The position numbers were made by a program, and so were the translations under genes. From Zygnema circumcarinatum SAG 698-1b (taxonomy: Eukaryota; Plantae; Zygnematophyceae), in assembly GCA_037447605.1 (NCBI GenBank), contig JBBHKD010000016.1:1-41705 (forward strand): a DNA stretch of 41,705 bases. The letters are read 5' to 3'. The notes beneath the pieces were generated by a model that made no database searches, was not told the origin of the DNA, and worked only from the letters and a program-made list of their open reading frames with translations. This document shows positions 1 to 11,876 of this stretch, piece after piece. Within the stretch, counting starts at the first letter, position 1. Each line of letters starts with the position of its first letter.

Positions 1-733
1 TGCTAGGACTCAAGATCTATTGTCAGTGTTAAGTAGATGGGATGTCAGTGATGCTGTTTTGTCTTTTAGTGCTGGGCTTAGTATTTGTATTTGCTGTGTG
101 GTTTGTCTTCTTGTTCTTCTTTCTTCTTTTTTCCTTGCTCTTCAGTTACAGCAACAGATGCTAAGTAAGAGTAAGAGAGAGAGAGAGAGTTCCATGCCAT
201 AGATAGAGAGAGAGAGAGAGAGAGAAAGAGTCTTCTTGCTGATCGCATTTAGACGTCCCATTCAGCCCAGCTAGACAAAGATTTCAGTGAGAAGACAATT
301 TCATTATAATGACATTCCCCAGCCAACCGCTGGCTGGGGTGAGTTTCCAAAATGCAACCTTTATCTAAGTTGAGCACTGTTTTCCCTTTGCTGTCACTAT
401 GCAAAGCTGCCATCTTGTCCTAATCTGCCCTACGCTTATTCCAATGACCGATGATAACTAGAAGCCTAGCTAAGAGACTGGCCAAGGAGAGGATAGGGGA
501 AGAGAGCCCCCAAGGAAGGGCTCTTCGCGCATCGAGTCCAGCCGCCGGTGGGAACATCTTCGTGATCCCTATCGCCTCGCCGCGCCAGTATTCCTCTGAA
601 TCCCCGGATCCTGGCTCATAGCCGCGCAGACCCACAGAACCAACCCAACCCTTCATTAGTTTCAGCACGGACGCGCGAGTGGCCGTACAGCACCTGCAGC
701 TAGCTCAGCAGTCTTTGTTTAACCCCACTTATC
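1..733 (+). repeat. 5' LTR of Ty3/Gypsy element A (begins upstream of the window; 3' end approximate)
   Basis: 1-540 is repeated at 3790-4315. It is followed directly by an iMet PBS and a gag ORF, and contains (GA)n tracts at ~170-227. Confidence 0.8.
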
Positions 734-734
734 T

Positions 735-746
735 TGGTATCAGAGC
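735..746 (+). promoter_or_regulatory. Primer-binding site (tRNA-iMet) of element A
   Basis: Exact TGGTATCAGAGC between the LTR and gag. Confidence 0.9.
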
Positions 747-816
747 TGAAGGTTTTGCAGATCCACGTACCTTGATACGTGAGGCTGCCGATCCTGTGAC
801 CCGTGTCACAGCCGCC

Positions 817-2422
817 ATGGATGAAGAGCTGCAGCAAGAGGGACAAGCAGATCTTCATCAGTATTCAGAGGAAGACTTGGCACCTCAAGAAGAAGAAGAA
901 CAGGCGATCGGAAATCCGAGGACGGATTCAGACTCAGAGGAAGAGGCAGTCAGAGAGCGACTGAAGATGGGCATCACCGAAGAGAACCCTTATCCCAGTC
1001 TGGCTTACCTTGAGCAGATCGAGTCGATTGAAGAGCTGCAGCGACTCCGTCTAGGCAGCGATGGCCACAAACTCCGCTGGCAGTATGCACGCCGCATGAT
1101 CAAGCTGGCAGCCTGCCCGGTCGCTGTCACGGCCGCGGATGCCGTGAAGAGAGGAGTGCCGTTTGAACCTGCGGTCCCCACCACGGCCCCACAGAAACAG
1201 AACCCACGGGATCTCAGTCGGATAACTACTGCACCAGGAGTCCCTTCAAGCACTGCAGCTGCACGCAGTCCTACAGCAGAGCAAGGGAATCATCAGAATA
1301 CACCCTCACCTCCGGCTTTCACGACTTACCCATCCGGCAGCCCCAGGCGAGCGGCTTCGGGGGCAAGGGCAGGACGATCGCAAGGACCCTCCAGCTTTCG
1401 CACCAACCTGAACAGAAGCACACGAGTCAGATCTGAGTTTCCCAGCAAGATGGAAGAGATGATGACCAAATTGATAGCCTTGATTCCTGAAAAGAGTGAG
1501 GTGAGGGATACCACGGGCATCATCACTAGAGGCTTCACCGGCAAGCAGGAAGATGCAGAGTCTTGGCTGAGACACCTTGAGGAGAAGGCAGCGCAGGCAG
1601 ATCTGAAGGAAGACCAGTGGATCAAGCTTGCTCTTGGAGCTCTGGAAGGCGAGGCAGTCAACTGGAAGCTGTCCCGAAACTGGCACAAAGCAGATGTCGT
1701 CGCCACCCTGACAAGGGACACATTCAAGCAAGCTTTCAGACAACGTTGGATTTCAGATCCGATCACTGTGCTAGACCGACTTCGCTACATAGAATGCTAC
1801 AGTGATGAGCGGCTGTTTGAATTCACTGAGCGCTTTGTGCGCATGGCAAATACGATCGAGAACTTGCCTGACTTTTCCGAAGTGCTCCAGTGGTTCCGCA
1901 AGGCCATCAGCGAGAAGGATCTCCACCTGGATCGTGAGCTGCGCGACAACCCACCAGCAGATGCCCAGGCCTTGTTAGAAAGGGCAGAGCGAATTCAGAA
2001 GGATCAAGAGAGAGGCAATCGACATGTACGACCACATTACATGAACGCTACCGATCCAAGACAAGATCGACTCTACCAGCAGTTCCTGAAGACACAGAAT
2101 CAACAGTTGTTCGATCCCTACGCTACATCTACTCGGAACAAGCCTTCCTTCTCCGGCGTCACTGCTCAGGACATCCGGGCAGCCCCTATGGTGCAGCCTC
2201 TGGCTATAGCCAACACAAACAAGCCCCTTCCCCTTTCCCCATACCCTCATGATCCGGCGCATCCCATTGAGCCGGCAGTGAATCCTCACATACCAGATGT
2301 CTCGCGTCCAGGATATCGGGCTCCTTATTCCGATCGCACGCCCGAAGAGAGAGAAGCTGCCAGGGCCGATCTGCGCCGGCGGATGACAGAGGCAGGGGTT
2401 CCAGAGGGCGTCTGTCTGGCCT
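817..2422 (+). CDS. gag: Ty3/Gypsy Gag (capsid domain), truncated by an N gap at the probable zinc knuckle
   Basis: ATG at 817 in GCCGCCATGG context. The stretch FTGKQEDAESWLRHLEE...ALGALEGEAVNW...FKQAFRQRW...WFRKAI is a retrotransposon capsid pattern. Open to the gap at 2423. Confidence 0.8.
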
Positions 2423-2432
2423 NNNNNNNNNN

Positions 2433-3404
2433 GAAACCTGCACCCGCTGCCAACGCGGCAAGCGCTCTGCTCCCCCTGACCGCCAACCCCTTGAGATGGG
2501 TGAGATCCCAATACGCGGCGTCGCCGAAGACTGGAACATCGACACCTTTTCTATTCCCCAGCTCGGCACCCCCTCTGGCTACATTCGGGTCTTCCTAGCC
2601 GTGGACAGATACACCAAGTGGGTAGAAGTTCACACGACAGAATCTAAGCATTCCATCCACTCTGCTCGCCTCCTGACGGCCATCATTCACCGCCACTCTA
2701 TACCCTACTCTGTCCACTCTGACAATGGCACCGAATACAAGGGGGCGTGCATGGCTCATGCAGGACTTCCCGCATCATTCACCACACCTCCAGCCCCACT
2801 GGCGGAATGGGCTTGCGAGCGATACCATTCAGGCGGTCAGGATGCGTCGCGTCAGCGAATTTTGTATTTGAAGCGGACTGGCTGAGGTGTCCCCTCCCTG
2901 GTCTTCCGCATTATAGCACCTCAAGTCCCGCACTCCTCCACGGGCTTCTCTCCCTACGAGCTTCTCTATGGCCGTAAGCCCCGCATTCCCCTTGACCTCC
3001 TCTCTGCTGAGCCCCTCTTCTACGATGACGCGCCTCCCCCGGATCGGGTCGCCCAGCTTCAGCTCCTGGCCCTCCGCTTCCAAACCCTAGATTCCATGGC
3101 CTCCCACCACCTCGAACGAGCGCACAGACGACAACTCACCGACTTTGGGAGGCGCCGACGTGCTGCTCTCCCGCCCAATCAGGTAGCGCCACATCAGCTC
3201 ATTTGGCTCAGGAATCTTGCCAAACCGACTCAACGGGCTTTTCCGTGGTTGGGCCCCTTCATTTGTGTCGGTCCGTCGGAGATCCCAGGTTGGGCCATCA
3301 TTTCGGAAGGCCCTGACTCTAGTGGAAACGCCCGGCGCTGGCGTTCACACTGGATCGACATTCGTCCTGCCACGTCAGCAGTTCCTCCCCCCCGCGATGG
3401 CTGA
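2433..3404 (+). pseudogene. pol: Ty3/Gypsy integrase of element A (frameshifted); PR/RT/RH are hidden in the gap at 2423-2432
   Basis: TCTRCQR (zinc-finger CxxC), WNIDT...VDRYTKWVE...SDNGTEY (DDE core), and C-terminal WLGPF (GPY/F motif). Confidence 0.85.
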
Positions 3405-3578
3405 GCGTTCGCGACCGACAGCGCGGCCTCCTCCGTACCCCCCTGCCATGACGACTCCTCATTGGTCCATTTCTAATTCCCGCCACTTTTTGCCGCTTCG
3501 CCCACATTGCGCCTGTCGGCCGTAACTTTCGANNNNNNNNNNCGTCCGTTCAATTGTACTTGACATATGCCTCTTCCG

Positions 3579-4315
3579 TGTCACGGATCAACGGGATCCA
3601 GGAGCTGCCAACGGAGATTGAGGGTAGGCGGCGCCATGCGTTGGCGGCCCACGGAACAGCACACCATCCAGCAAGGCGCACCCGGGAACACCGCCAGAGG
3701 CCGCCGATTATCATTCGTTGACCTATCCGAAGGCTCCACGTAGTCAGTCAGGCCTCTCAGTGGGCAGTTAGCCAATCAGAGGCTGTCACTACTAAGACTC
3801 AAGATCTATTGTCAGTGTTGAGTAGATGGGATGTCAGTGATGCTGTTTTGTCTTTTAGTGCTGGGCTTAGTATTTGTATTTGCTGTGTGGTTTGTCTTCT
3901 TGTTCTTCTTTCTCCTTCTCTTCTTCCTCTTCAGTTACAGCAACAGATGCTAAGTAAGAGAGAGAGAGAGAGAGAGTTCCATGCCATAGATAGAGAGAGA
4001 GAGGAAGACTCTTCTTGCTGATAGCATTTAGACGTCCCATCCAGCCCAGCCAGACAAAGATTTCAGTGAGAAGATACTTTCATTGTAATGACATTCCCCA
4101 GCCAACCGCTGGCTGGGGTGAGTTTCCAAGATACAACCTTTATCTAAGTTGAGCACTGTTTTCCCTTTGCTGTCACTATGCCAAGCTGCCATCTTGTCCT
4201 AATCTGCCTTACGCTTATCCCAATGACCGATGATAACTAGAAGCCTAGCTAAGAGACTAGCCGAGGAGAGGACAGGGGAAGAGAGCCCCCAAGGAAGGGC
4301 TCTTCGCGCATCGAG
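3579..4315 (+). repeat. Second A-family LTR (solo LTR or 5' LTR of another copy), cut by a gap
   Basis: Starts TGTCACGG. 3790-4315 matches 1-540 with scattered substitutions. No polypurine tract precedes 3579. Confidence 0.75.
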
Positions 4316-4325
4316 NNNNNNNNNN

Positions 4326-4566
4326 AAGCACATTCCGTGCACCCCCTTTGGTACGGTCTAAGCCTAAGCCGTAATTCTACGACCCTAGACCTTCCCTAGA
4401 CCTGCCGTACCATGCCCTAATGATACGGGCACCCCCCATGTTCGGTCCTACACCAAACATGACCGTTCATACATGACATTGTCCCTATACCACCACATTG
4501 ATGTCCCGGACAACATTCATGCTAGGAACTAAGTACCAACACCTTGATGTACCCTATACATCAACA
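4326..4566 (-). repeat. Copia B-family LTR end inserted in Gypsy H
   Basis: Ends ...TATACATCAACA (TGTTGATG on minus). Near-identical to 26284-26498 and similar to 30924-31147 and 35700-35915. Confidence 0.85.
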
Positions 4567-5523
4567 ACTGCCGGCCGCATGATACATGTTGATCTCTGGG
4601 TAGGAGACCTGCCCCGTGGCGTGTCGTTTGGGGAAGGCGGAGGTGGCAAGGGACTCAAGGATGATGGGGAAGGAGCAATCTGTCCCGCCAGCAGATAAGT
4701 GCAGCTGACACATAGAAAAGTCAATCTGTGCCCCCATTGCAATGAGCCAATCTGAGCCAAGCAGGATAGAATAATGCTCAGCGGCAGTGATGACCGCATT
4801 CACCGTGGCTCCCATCTCTCCAAGGCTGATGATCACCTGTGCACTGCCCAAACCTTCATGCAGACTACCCTCAACCCCCACATATCTGGGGATGGGTTTG
4901 AGTGTCTTGTCCAACTTAACACCTGCAGCCTTCATCACTGGTTTGGACAGAACTGTGCGCATAGCTCCTGTGTCGATCATGGCCTTGCTGGGATGACCGT
5001 TCAGCCATACATTGACGATGATTCGCACGTTGGGTGTTGGGATCAGAGGGAGGACATGAATCTGGCGAGGAGGCTGGCGGGGAGAGCGAACTGGGTCTGG
5101 AAGAGGCGCCGTGGCCATGTGGTGTATATCTGCCGGCGAGGGGATGTCCGGAGGAGGTGCCATGGGAACCGTGGGAGGCCGCAGGGTGGCCTCTGCGCTG
5201 TCGGCCAGCTTACGAACGACGGCTGCAGCACCTGGAACCAGCTGCATCAACTGTGACAAGGTAATTCCGATCTTAGCCTTGTCCCCCATGAGCTGATGAA
5301 CCATGCGTTCAATCAGGGATAGGCCATCTGTCGGGGGAGGTGGTCGACGATCGGCTGCTTGGGGGTAGAAACGGGCTGCCCGAGGGCGATGGGGAGGGTT
5401 CACGTGCATTTCTTCCGTCACTGGCGCTGTCGGCTCCGGCTGTGCCGCTGTCGGCTCCTCCTCAGTGAGATTGTCAGTTTCCTCCTCAGGCATGGATCCC
5501 AAGGGATGACCCGTGGAAGGAGG
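4567..5523 (-). pseudogene. pol: Ty3/Gypsy fragment H: Gag-PR spacer plus aspartic protease, truncated at both ends by Copia insertions
   Basis: VWLNGHPSKAMIDTGAMRTVLS...ILLGSDWL retropepsin motifs. The ORF is bounded by B LTR at 4566 and E' LTR at 5524. Confidence 0.85.
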
Positions 5524-5646
5524 TGTTGAAGCAAGGGACATCTCGCTGCTTCCGGCTCCACCTCTCGTGTCGCCCTCCACGGGAACTCGTGTTCCCACCG
5601 ATGAAGACATTACCACTCTATCACTCTCAAAGCTTTATCTCAATTC
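5524..5646 (-). repeat. 3' LTR of Copia E', outer part (interrupted by E)
   Basis: Starts TGTTGAAGC and is paralogous to 5647-5760. It continues seamlessly at 11877 (ACTCATCGCCCATA) after the TSD. Confidence 0.85.
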
Positions 5647-6673
5647 TGTTGAAGCAGGGGTCTGCTCCCCACTTCCGGCGCCACCTCGGGTGTCGCCCTC
5701 CATTGGAACTTGAGTTCCCACGGATGAAGACATTCAAACACTCAAAGCTCTATCTTACTTCACTCATCGCCCATAACAACAGAATGAAGCTAAAAGACAA
5801 GCACAGCCCGGAAATCACAATGAGAGAGTGGGAGAAAGCTGCGGCTCTAAAACTCCTTATAATAAAACTGTCTTCCCACAATGAAGTTCTCCCACCACTT
5901 CAAGGTCCCTCTTACTCACTACCCCACGACACAAGTGTAGGCAGCCTAGCAGCACGAGCAGGTTCTGAGTAAGACCCGAGACTATGACAGAGTAGTGTAG
6001 GTGGGTTGCTTCCCATAATAAAACTACGCACTATATAATATGGCGTCCGTGACGTGACACACATGTCACGTCCCGTCCGCCATTGCAAACCCATGCACCG
6101 AGTCTGAGTGGGCGCACTCAGAAATAGCGACTAGCTAGCTGCCTCGTAAACCTACGGCGGCGCCGACCTAGTTCTTGTCGGATCGTACATCCGTCCGTAC
6201 TGTTTCGCCGTTTCGCCAGCGCTCCTTCGCAGTCTTCGCCCGCCGACATCTCGGCCGTACACTCGAACTCGCGGACCCACATCGCGAGTGGTCCACGTGG
6301 CGCATTCCGGTTCGCCGCCAAATATCTTCCATGTCGTTTCCGCGCGCAACTGCGGCGCTCCGTGTTTTCAGCCCGGTCGCGGTAATCCAGAGTCGCCCGC
6401 GTCTGTCCCTCCAGCGAATCAGCGGCCCAGCGCTCGACCAATCAAAGGATTCGCGCTGTTAGGTACTCCACTTACTTGTGTCACCACCGCGACCAATCAG
6501 CGCCTCTCGTTCGTACTCCGCGCACTCGCGGCGCACTCACCAAAGTCAGAGCACCGACATTACTAAATCTAAGAGCACTACGCCTAGCAGATCTCATGTT
6601 CTACAAACTGAGTACCACAACAAGTTAGTGTGTGCCATACAATGTCTAACTATCATAGCTACTAAACTCAACA
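5647..6673 (-). repeat. 3' LTR of Copia E
   Basis: Direct repeat of 10870-11871. The adjacent PPT is damaged (ACTCTTGGG versus ATCCCCCTCTTGGG in E'). Confidence 0.88.
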
Positions 6674-6689
6674 ACTCTTGGGACTCAGT

Positions 6690-9600
6690 TCCTCATGGGC
6701 TCTAGCCCAATCAACCTCGCTGCTCACCAGGTAGTGTCTCCTCACGACCCCTTAGTCAACATGTCCAGAAAGCCCCGCTTCTTTTGTTCCTACAACCACC
6801 CACTATCATCCCTTTCCTACCAACTCAGACATAATGATATTGCACCCTAATGTGCTTGGTTCTTTTATGAAACACAGGGTTCTCCATGAGGGCTATAGAT
6901 GACTGGTTGTCCGTAAAAAGAGTCGATGGTGTTTGTGGTCGCCATATCTACTGCAAAGAAATGTTGGAACTACATCCTCCTTCGCCGCGGCACGCCCCAT
7001 GTACTCTCCTTTGGTGCTCGACAGCCACCGTAATCTTGTAACTTCGGAAGCTCCATGAGATCAAGGCCCGCCTGAACACAAACTCGACGCCGACAGACGT
7101 ATCCATCGCCACCTCCCCAACTGAGTCGGTGTATCCGACACTCTAGTCGGCCCCTTCAAACCTCGAGGTCAATCCAAAGGTCCCTTTTCACGACCAAGAT
7201 CCGCCTTCACGCCCCCAATGTTCAGACCGGATTCTCCATGAACCGACAACAGGCTCACGGCCAAGTCGTGACGAAAGTACCTATCATCGATACATTAAAC
7301 TCGACACGATCTCACGGAACTCGCATTCCCTCAGACTCTCCAAGATCTCTGCCGCGCATCATATCTTGACATCGCTGCTCCGATCTCCATCTGACTCAGC
7401 ATGACTCAAGACTCCTCCATTTCAACTCCTGCAAGTACATTCGGGCGCATTCTTTTGACAAAGAAATAAGCTACCGTCCTGCCCCCTCTTCAACTGCATT
7501 CCTAGGAGATACTGCGCCTCCCCTAGATCCGACATTTTGAAGTTAGCTTCCAAAAGCTGCTTCAAATCATTGATTCTCTCCAATGAGAGGCTCACCATTA
7601 TGAGGTCGTCCACGTAGATCCCAACGTACATGAGATCCGCCTCTTCCCCTTGTCGGTAGACGGAATGATCCGTCTCGAATCGCGCAAATCCGTTACTCCT
7701 CAAGAGGTCATCAATTTTCTCGTACCAAATCCTGGGCGCCTGTTTCAGTCCGTACAGACTTTTCACAAGACGACAAACGAGATGCTCCTGCCCCGGGACA
7801 ACTTTCCCTTTGGGCTGTACCATGTAGATCTCCTCAGCGAGATCTCCGTACAGAAATGCGGTCTTGATATCAAGTTGATGTAATGCGTATTCCTCGCCGT
7901 GAATCGAGTTAGGCACCTGAGGAGTTGAACTTCTTCCACGGGGCGTAAGGTCTCCGTAGTCGTATTCCGCACCGCTGAAGCCCTTGCCAATGTGACGCCT
8001 TTGGTAACGTGGCCGACGCCCCGTCCACTTCGCCACCTTGAACACCCACTTGCATCCACGTCTCTTCCCCAGCCCTCGTCGCCACGTACGCTCTCTAGCA
8101 AACTGTCCACCGTGCCGACGTCGCTGCCACTTCCATCGGCCGGCGCCCTCAAAGGTTTGTTCTGATCATAAACAGCCAAGCAGCCCCCGAGGTCCTACCG
8201 AGTCTCAGAGGGCACTCTTCCTCGCATTAGATTAGTCCTGTGAAGGCCTCAGAGTGATCGCCTTCTCACCACACGCGGGTGCTCCTCCGAGGTCCTTGCG
8301 CCCGCTCGTGTTGAAGAAAATCCCCTGACAAAACTCCGGGAGGTACGCCGACAACATAGCTCTTTCGTTCCCAAATCTCGTACTCGCCTATGCAAGGTAC
8401 GCTGCCGAGTTCTCTCGCTTGACAGGTGAGTGTGTAGTGGTGCTGTTCTCGCCGGTTGCGGGTTTCCCGCCAGGCCTCGGGTTCAACTCGCCGCCGCTTC
8501 AATGCCGGCTTCGCTCAGCCCAAGGCCCGGGGCAAGGCAGGCCGCATCTCCTCTGGCCGTGACTCGAGAGGCGCCCATGCCCTTTCTGCCGGTTCCACAT
8601 CCTCGCATAATACTTCAAACTCGGCCTTTGGGGTGCGGTCTCACTCTGCCGAGTCACCGCCTCTTCATCCACCGTAACGCCTCGAAGCTCGTGACTTTCG
8701 TTTGCTCGAGGGTTCCACACCGTGAGGTGCGATCGTCTGATGCTGTAGTCGGTGAAGGTACCCTTCCACGCTCTGGGTCGAACTTTCTCTTCGCCGCTGC
8801 ACTGCCGACCAGCAGCCAAGGCTTCCAAAGGTCTTTCAGTGGGACAATCGCGGCTCTCCTCCCACTCACACCTCTTCAGAACCCCATCCTTAAGCACGTA
8901 AGATGGGCATCTATTTCTATGTGTTGGCGGGTCATCACCGCTTCTCCCAAAAGGATGCTCTGTGCGGGAATCTATCAAGATGGTCCGCGCCATGTCCCCT
9001 GGGCCCTATCGACCTCTGCCCAGCAGCCTATTATTTTGAGGGGAGTAAGGAGGTAAAATTATGCTCTGCATTCCAAGGAAGCCTTCAAGTACCCGCCACA
9101 ACTCCTTCCGACTTGAATTCTCCGCACGGAAAGGCCAGTTGTTTCGCCACCGCCGCCTCCTATCTCGAAGTTCACAATCTCTCGAAGTCTGGAAGCTTCG
9201 TGACTTGTACTTGGAGAATTCTCACCCAAATTTTCCTAGAAAAATCATCAAGGAAGGTGATGAAGTAGCAAGCTCCTCCACTCGTTGCCGTGTCACGGGC
9301 TGGGCCACAAATCCTGTATGTACCACTCCCAGCTTTCCTGCTGTGAAATGACCCTTCCACCTCTAAAAGGGTCTCCCAATGCGCCTTCCCCTCTACACAC
9401 TCTTTGCAAAAGTCTAGCTCTCCTTTTCAACTATGTCAATGTCTAACCCACAAGACCAGCCCCTTTGTAGCAAGTCGCTGTAGTCCCCTATGGTTTAGAT
9501 GACCAAGTCTACTTATGCCGAGGATTTACCGCGACCCTCAAGCACGCCATCACACCTCATCTTCTTTCTCCTATAATGAAGGTGTACATAGCCTCCTTCT

Positions 9601-10850
9601 CGTAATTCTCAAATGCCCGCTTCACCTAAGTGAGTGGCTACGCGAAGATTCTCCTTAAAGGTGACTTTGCAATTCTCTGCATACTTGACTACCGTATATG
9701 TAGCCTCTGCCAGTCGTGTGTGCACACCATGCACAACCGCTTCTTTTCTCTTCTTCTTCTTCAGATGACGTAGCCGCCTCCTAGGATCATCTTACTACTC
9801 CTCCTCAGAATCGGCTACTCCCTCTCCGGGTTGCCGAAAGTGAATGACCGTCCTTCCAAGGTGTCCACAGGAGAACATTCGCTTGTCGCCATTGACATGT
9901 GCGTGGAAGCCGTGAGTCAATCACTATGGCCGCCTGCATCCGCAACCCGGATCTTCCCAACAAAATCGTAATGTTCACAGCATGAGATTCAGTCCCCACC
10001 GCCACTCGCAATCCGTGGCCTGGTGGGCCTCGCTTTTACTTCAAGCAGCATCTCTTAACCTTTCGACTACGACGGCGCTCCTCCACCCTAGGGAGCCCAG
10101 TACTTGCTCTTGTAGCCAGCCGCACAAGTGGCCCTGCCTTGCCGCGACGCGGTAACACGCCCCGCAGGGCGTTTCACGCGCCCCGCTTCTCGGCGCACTT
10201 CCTCTTCGAACTTGTCGTGAGTGCAACGCCAACACCTTCTCCTCGGTGCCTCCAACGTCTTGGACAGTGTTCTCCTCCTTGATCCTTCGTTTCACTTGCT
10301 CAAGGGTCATCACGGTTTTGTTAGAACAACCCCAAGAGCCTAACCGCTACATCGACCCAAATTCCCCTGTAAACTGCCGACGGTGGTCTCCTCTAACGTT
10401 TTGCAAATAAGCAATAATCTCTCCATTAGAGTATCAACTGACCATATATTCACTCGCCTTCTCTTCCAAGGACATCTTCATTTTCCCAAGTCAAGCAGGT
10501 AAAGGCTGACTATCACATGCTATCCTTTACGCCATACATCTCCTCTAAGCATCTCCACATAGCATGTGAAGTCTTACTTGCCAAGGCCAAAGATGGAAGC
10601 AGGGACTCTCACGCCATGACTATCCGGGTGAGGGCCTGTCGCCCTGGTCCCTCCTATCCGGCGAGCGCTGTGTCGAACTCGATCGCCGCCCGCCGCGGGT
10701 TCTCTCCGCCGCATTCCAAGTGTCTTGATGGTGCCGGGCTGCATTCCCCACCAGCCTCCCTTGCCACAAGCAAAGGAAATCCAGCTGCCATTCCCACCTC
10801 GGTCCAACCAACGCTGGGATGTTGAACTTCACGCGTCCCTCTCGCCACCT
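6690..10850 (-). pseudogene. gag-pol: Copia E gag-pol (heavily frameshifted)
   Basis: RT QLDIKTAFLYGDLAEEIYM...YVDDLIMV...MSDLGEAQYLLGMQ (7422-8045); integrase YFITFLDDFSRKIW (~9172-9360); Gag MTLEQVKRRIKEE (10041-10313). Confidence 0.85.
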
Positions 10851-10856
10851 GGGCTT

Positions 10857-10867
10857 CCTCGATACCA
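10857..10867 (-). promoter_or_regulatory. PBS of Copia E (iMet-type, imperfect)
   Basis: TGGTATCGAGG on minus, 2 nt after the LTR end CAACA. Confidence 0.75.
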
Positions 10868-10869
10868 CT

Positions 10870-11871
10870 TGTTGAAGTGTATTCCGCTCCTTTCACTTCC
10901 TACACCTCGGTGTCGCCTCCATCGAACTTGAGTTCCCACGGATGAAGACATTCAAACACTCAAAGCTCTATCTTACTTCACTCATCGCCCATACCAACCG
11001 AATGAAGCTAAAAGACAAGCACAGCGGAAATCACAATGAGAGAGTGTTAGGAGAAAGCTCAATGTACTTCTAAAACTCCTTATAATAAAAACTGCCTTCC
11101 CACAACAGTTCTCCCACCACTTCAAGGTCCCTCTTATCACTCAATTACCACACAAGTGTAGGCAAAACCTAGCAAAGACGAAAGGTGTTGTAAGACCCGA
11201 GATCATGACGTAGTAGTGTAGGTGGTGTTTTTCCATAATAAAACTACGCACTATATAATATGGCGTCCGTGACGTGACACACATGTCACGTCCCGTCCGC
11301 CATTGCAAACCCATGCACCGAGTCTGAGTGGGCGCACTCAAAAATAGCGATCAGCTAGTCAGCCAGAACCTACTGCCGCCGAATTTCAGCTTGTCGGATC
11401 GCATATCCGTCCGCATTGCTTCGCCGCTTTGCCGCTTCCTTCAGCTTCGCTCACGACATCTCGCCGCGAGCACTAACCGCTGACCCACATCGCGAAGGGT
11501 CCACGCGGGCGCATTCCGCCCGGCCGCCAAATATTTTATGTCGCTTTCCGCGCCGCAACTTTGCGCCTGCGGTTTTCAAGGCCAGCGATTAATCACCGGT
11601 AGAGTCGCTACAAGGCTCGCATTTCTATGAATCCGCTCGCCGACCACCAATCAAAGGCGATTCGGCATCTACCTCTACTTGTGTCACCACCACACCAATC
11701 AAATGCCTCGCTCAGACTACAAGACTCTCACAAGACTCACCAAAGTCAGAGCACCGACATTACTAAATCTAAGAGCACTACGCCTAGCAGATCTCATGTT
11801 CTACAAACTGAGTACCACAACAAGTTAGTGTGTGCCATACAATGTCTAACTATCATACACTAACACTAACA
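10870..11871 (-). repeat. 5' LTR of Copia E
   Basis: TGTTGAAG...CTAACA; repeat of 5647-6673. Confidence 0.9.
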
Positions 11872-11876
11872 AATTC

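Larger units (their letters stand above)
5647..11871 (-). mobile_element. Full-length Ty1/Copia element E
   Basis: Two ~1 kb LTRs (5647-6673, 10870-11871) with TG...CA ends. 5-bp TSD AATTC at 5642-5646 and 11872-11876. PBS, and gag-PR-IN-RT-RH remnants in Copia order. Confidence 0.92.

Noticed and set aside
20-202. Small hydrophobic ORF repeated at 3809-4021 (env-like or membrane peptide?)
   Set aside because: It lies in the LTR, has no ATG at the called start, is built from T/C-rich and (GA)n tracts, and its C-terminus differs between copies.
735-746. tRNA genes
   Set aside because: Only 11-12 nt PBS matches exist (735, 10857, 34285, 39928); no cloverleaf was seen.
1005-2569. Antisense or overlapping ORFs here and throughout the window
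   Set aside because: They are GC-rich shadow frames of gag/pol or LTRs, with no recognisable motifs and no conservation between paralogous copies.
679-2598. 639-aa ORF as one protein
   Set aside because: The N-terminus runs through LTR and PBS sequence, and the part after the N gap is integrase DNA in the wrong frame.
3579-4315. Second A LTR as the 3' LTR of element A
   Set aside because: No PPT upstream, it is separated by a gap, and it is noticeably diverged from 1-540.
4326-4566. Recurrent ~220-bp repeat next to gaps as a CRISPR-like array or SINE
   Set aside because: It is the end of the 1.6-kb B LTR, truncated by assembly gaps; there is no spacer structure.
4561-5616. 351-aa stand-alone aspartic protease gene
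   Set aside because: Its start is E' LTR sequence and its stop is created by the B LTR; it is a retrotransposon fragment.
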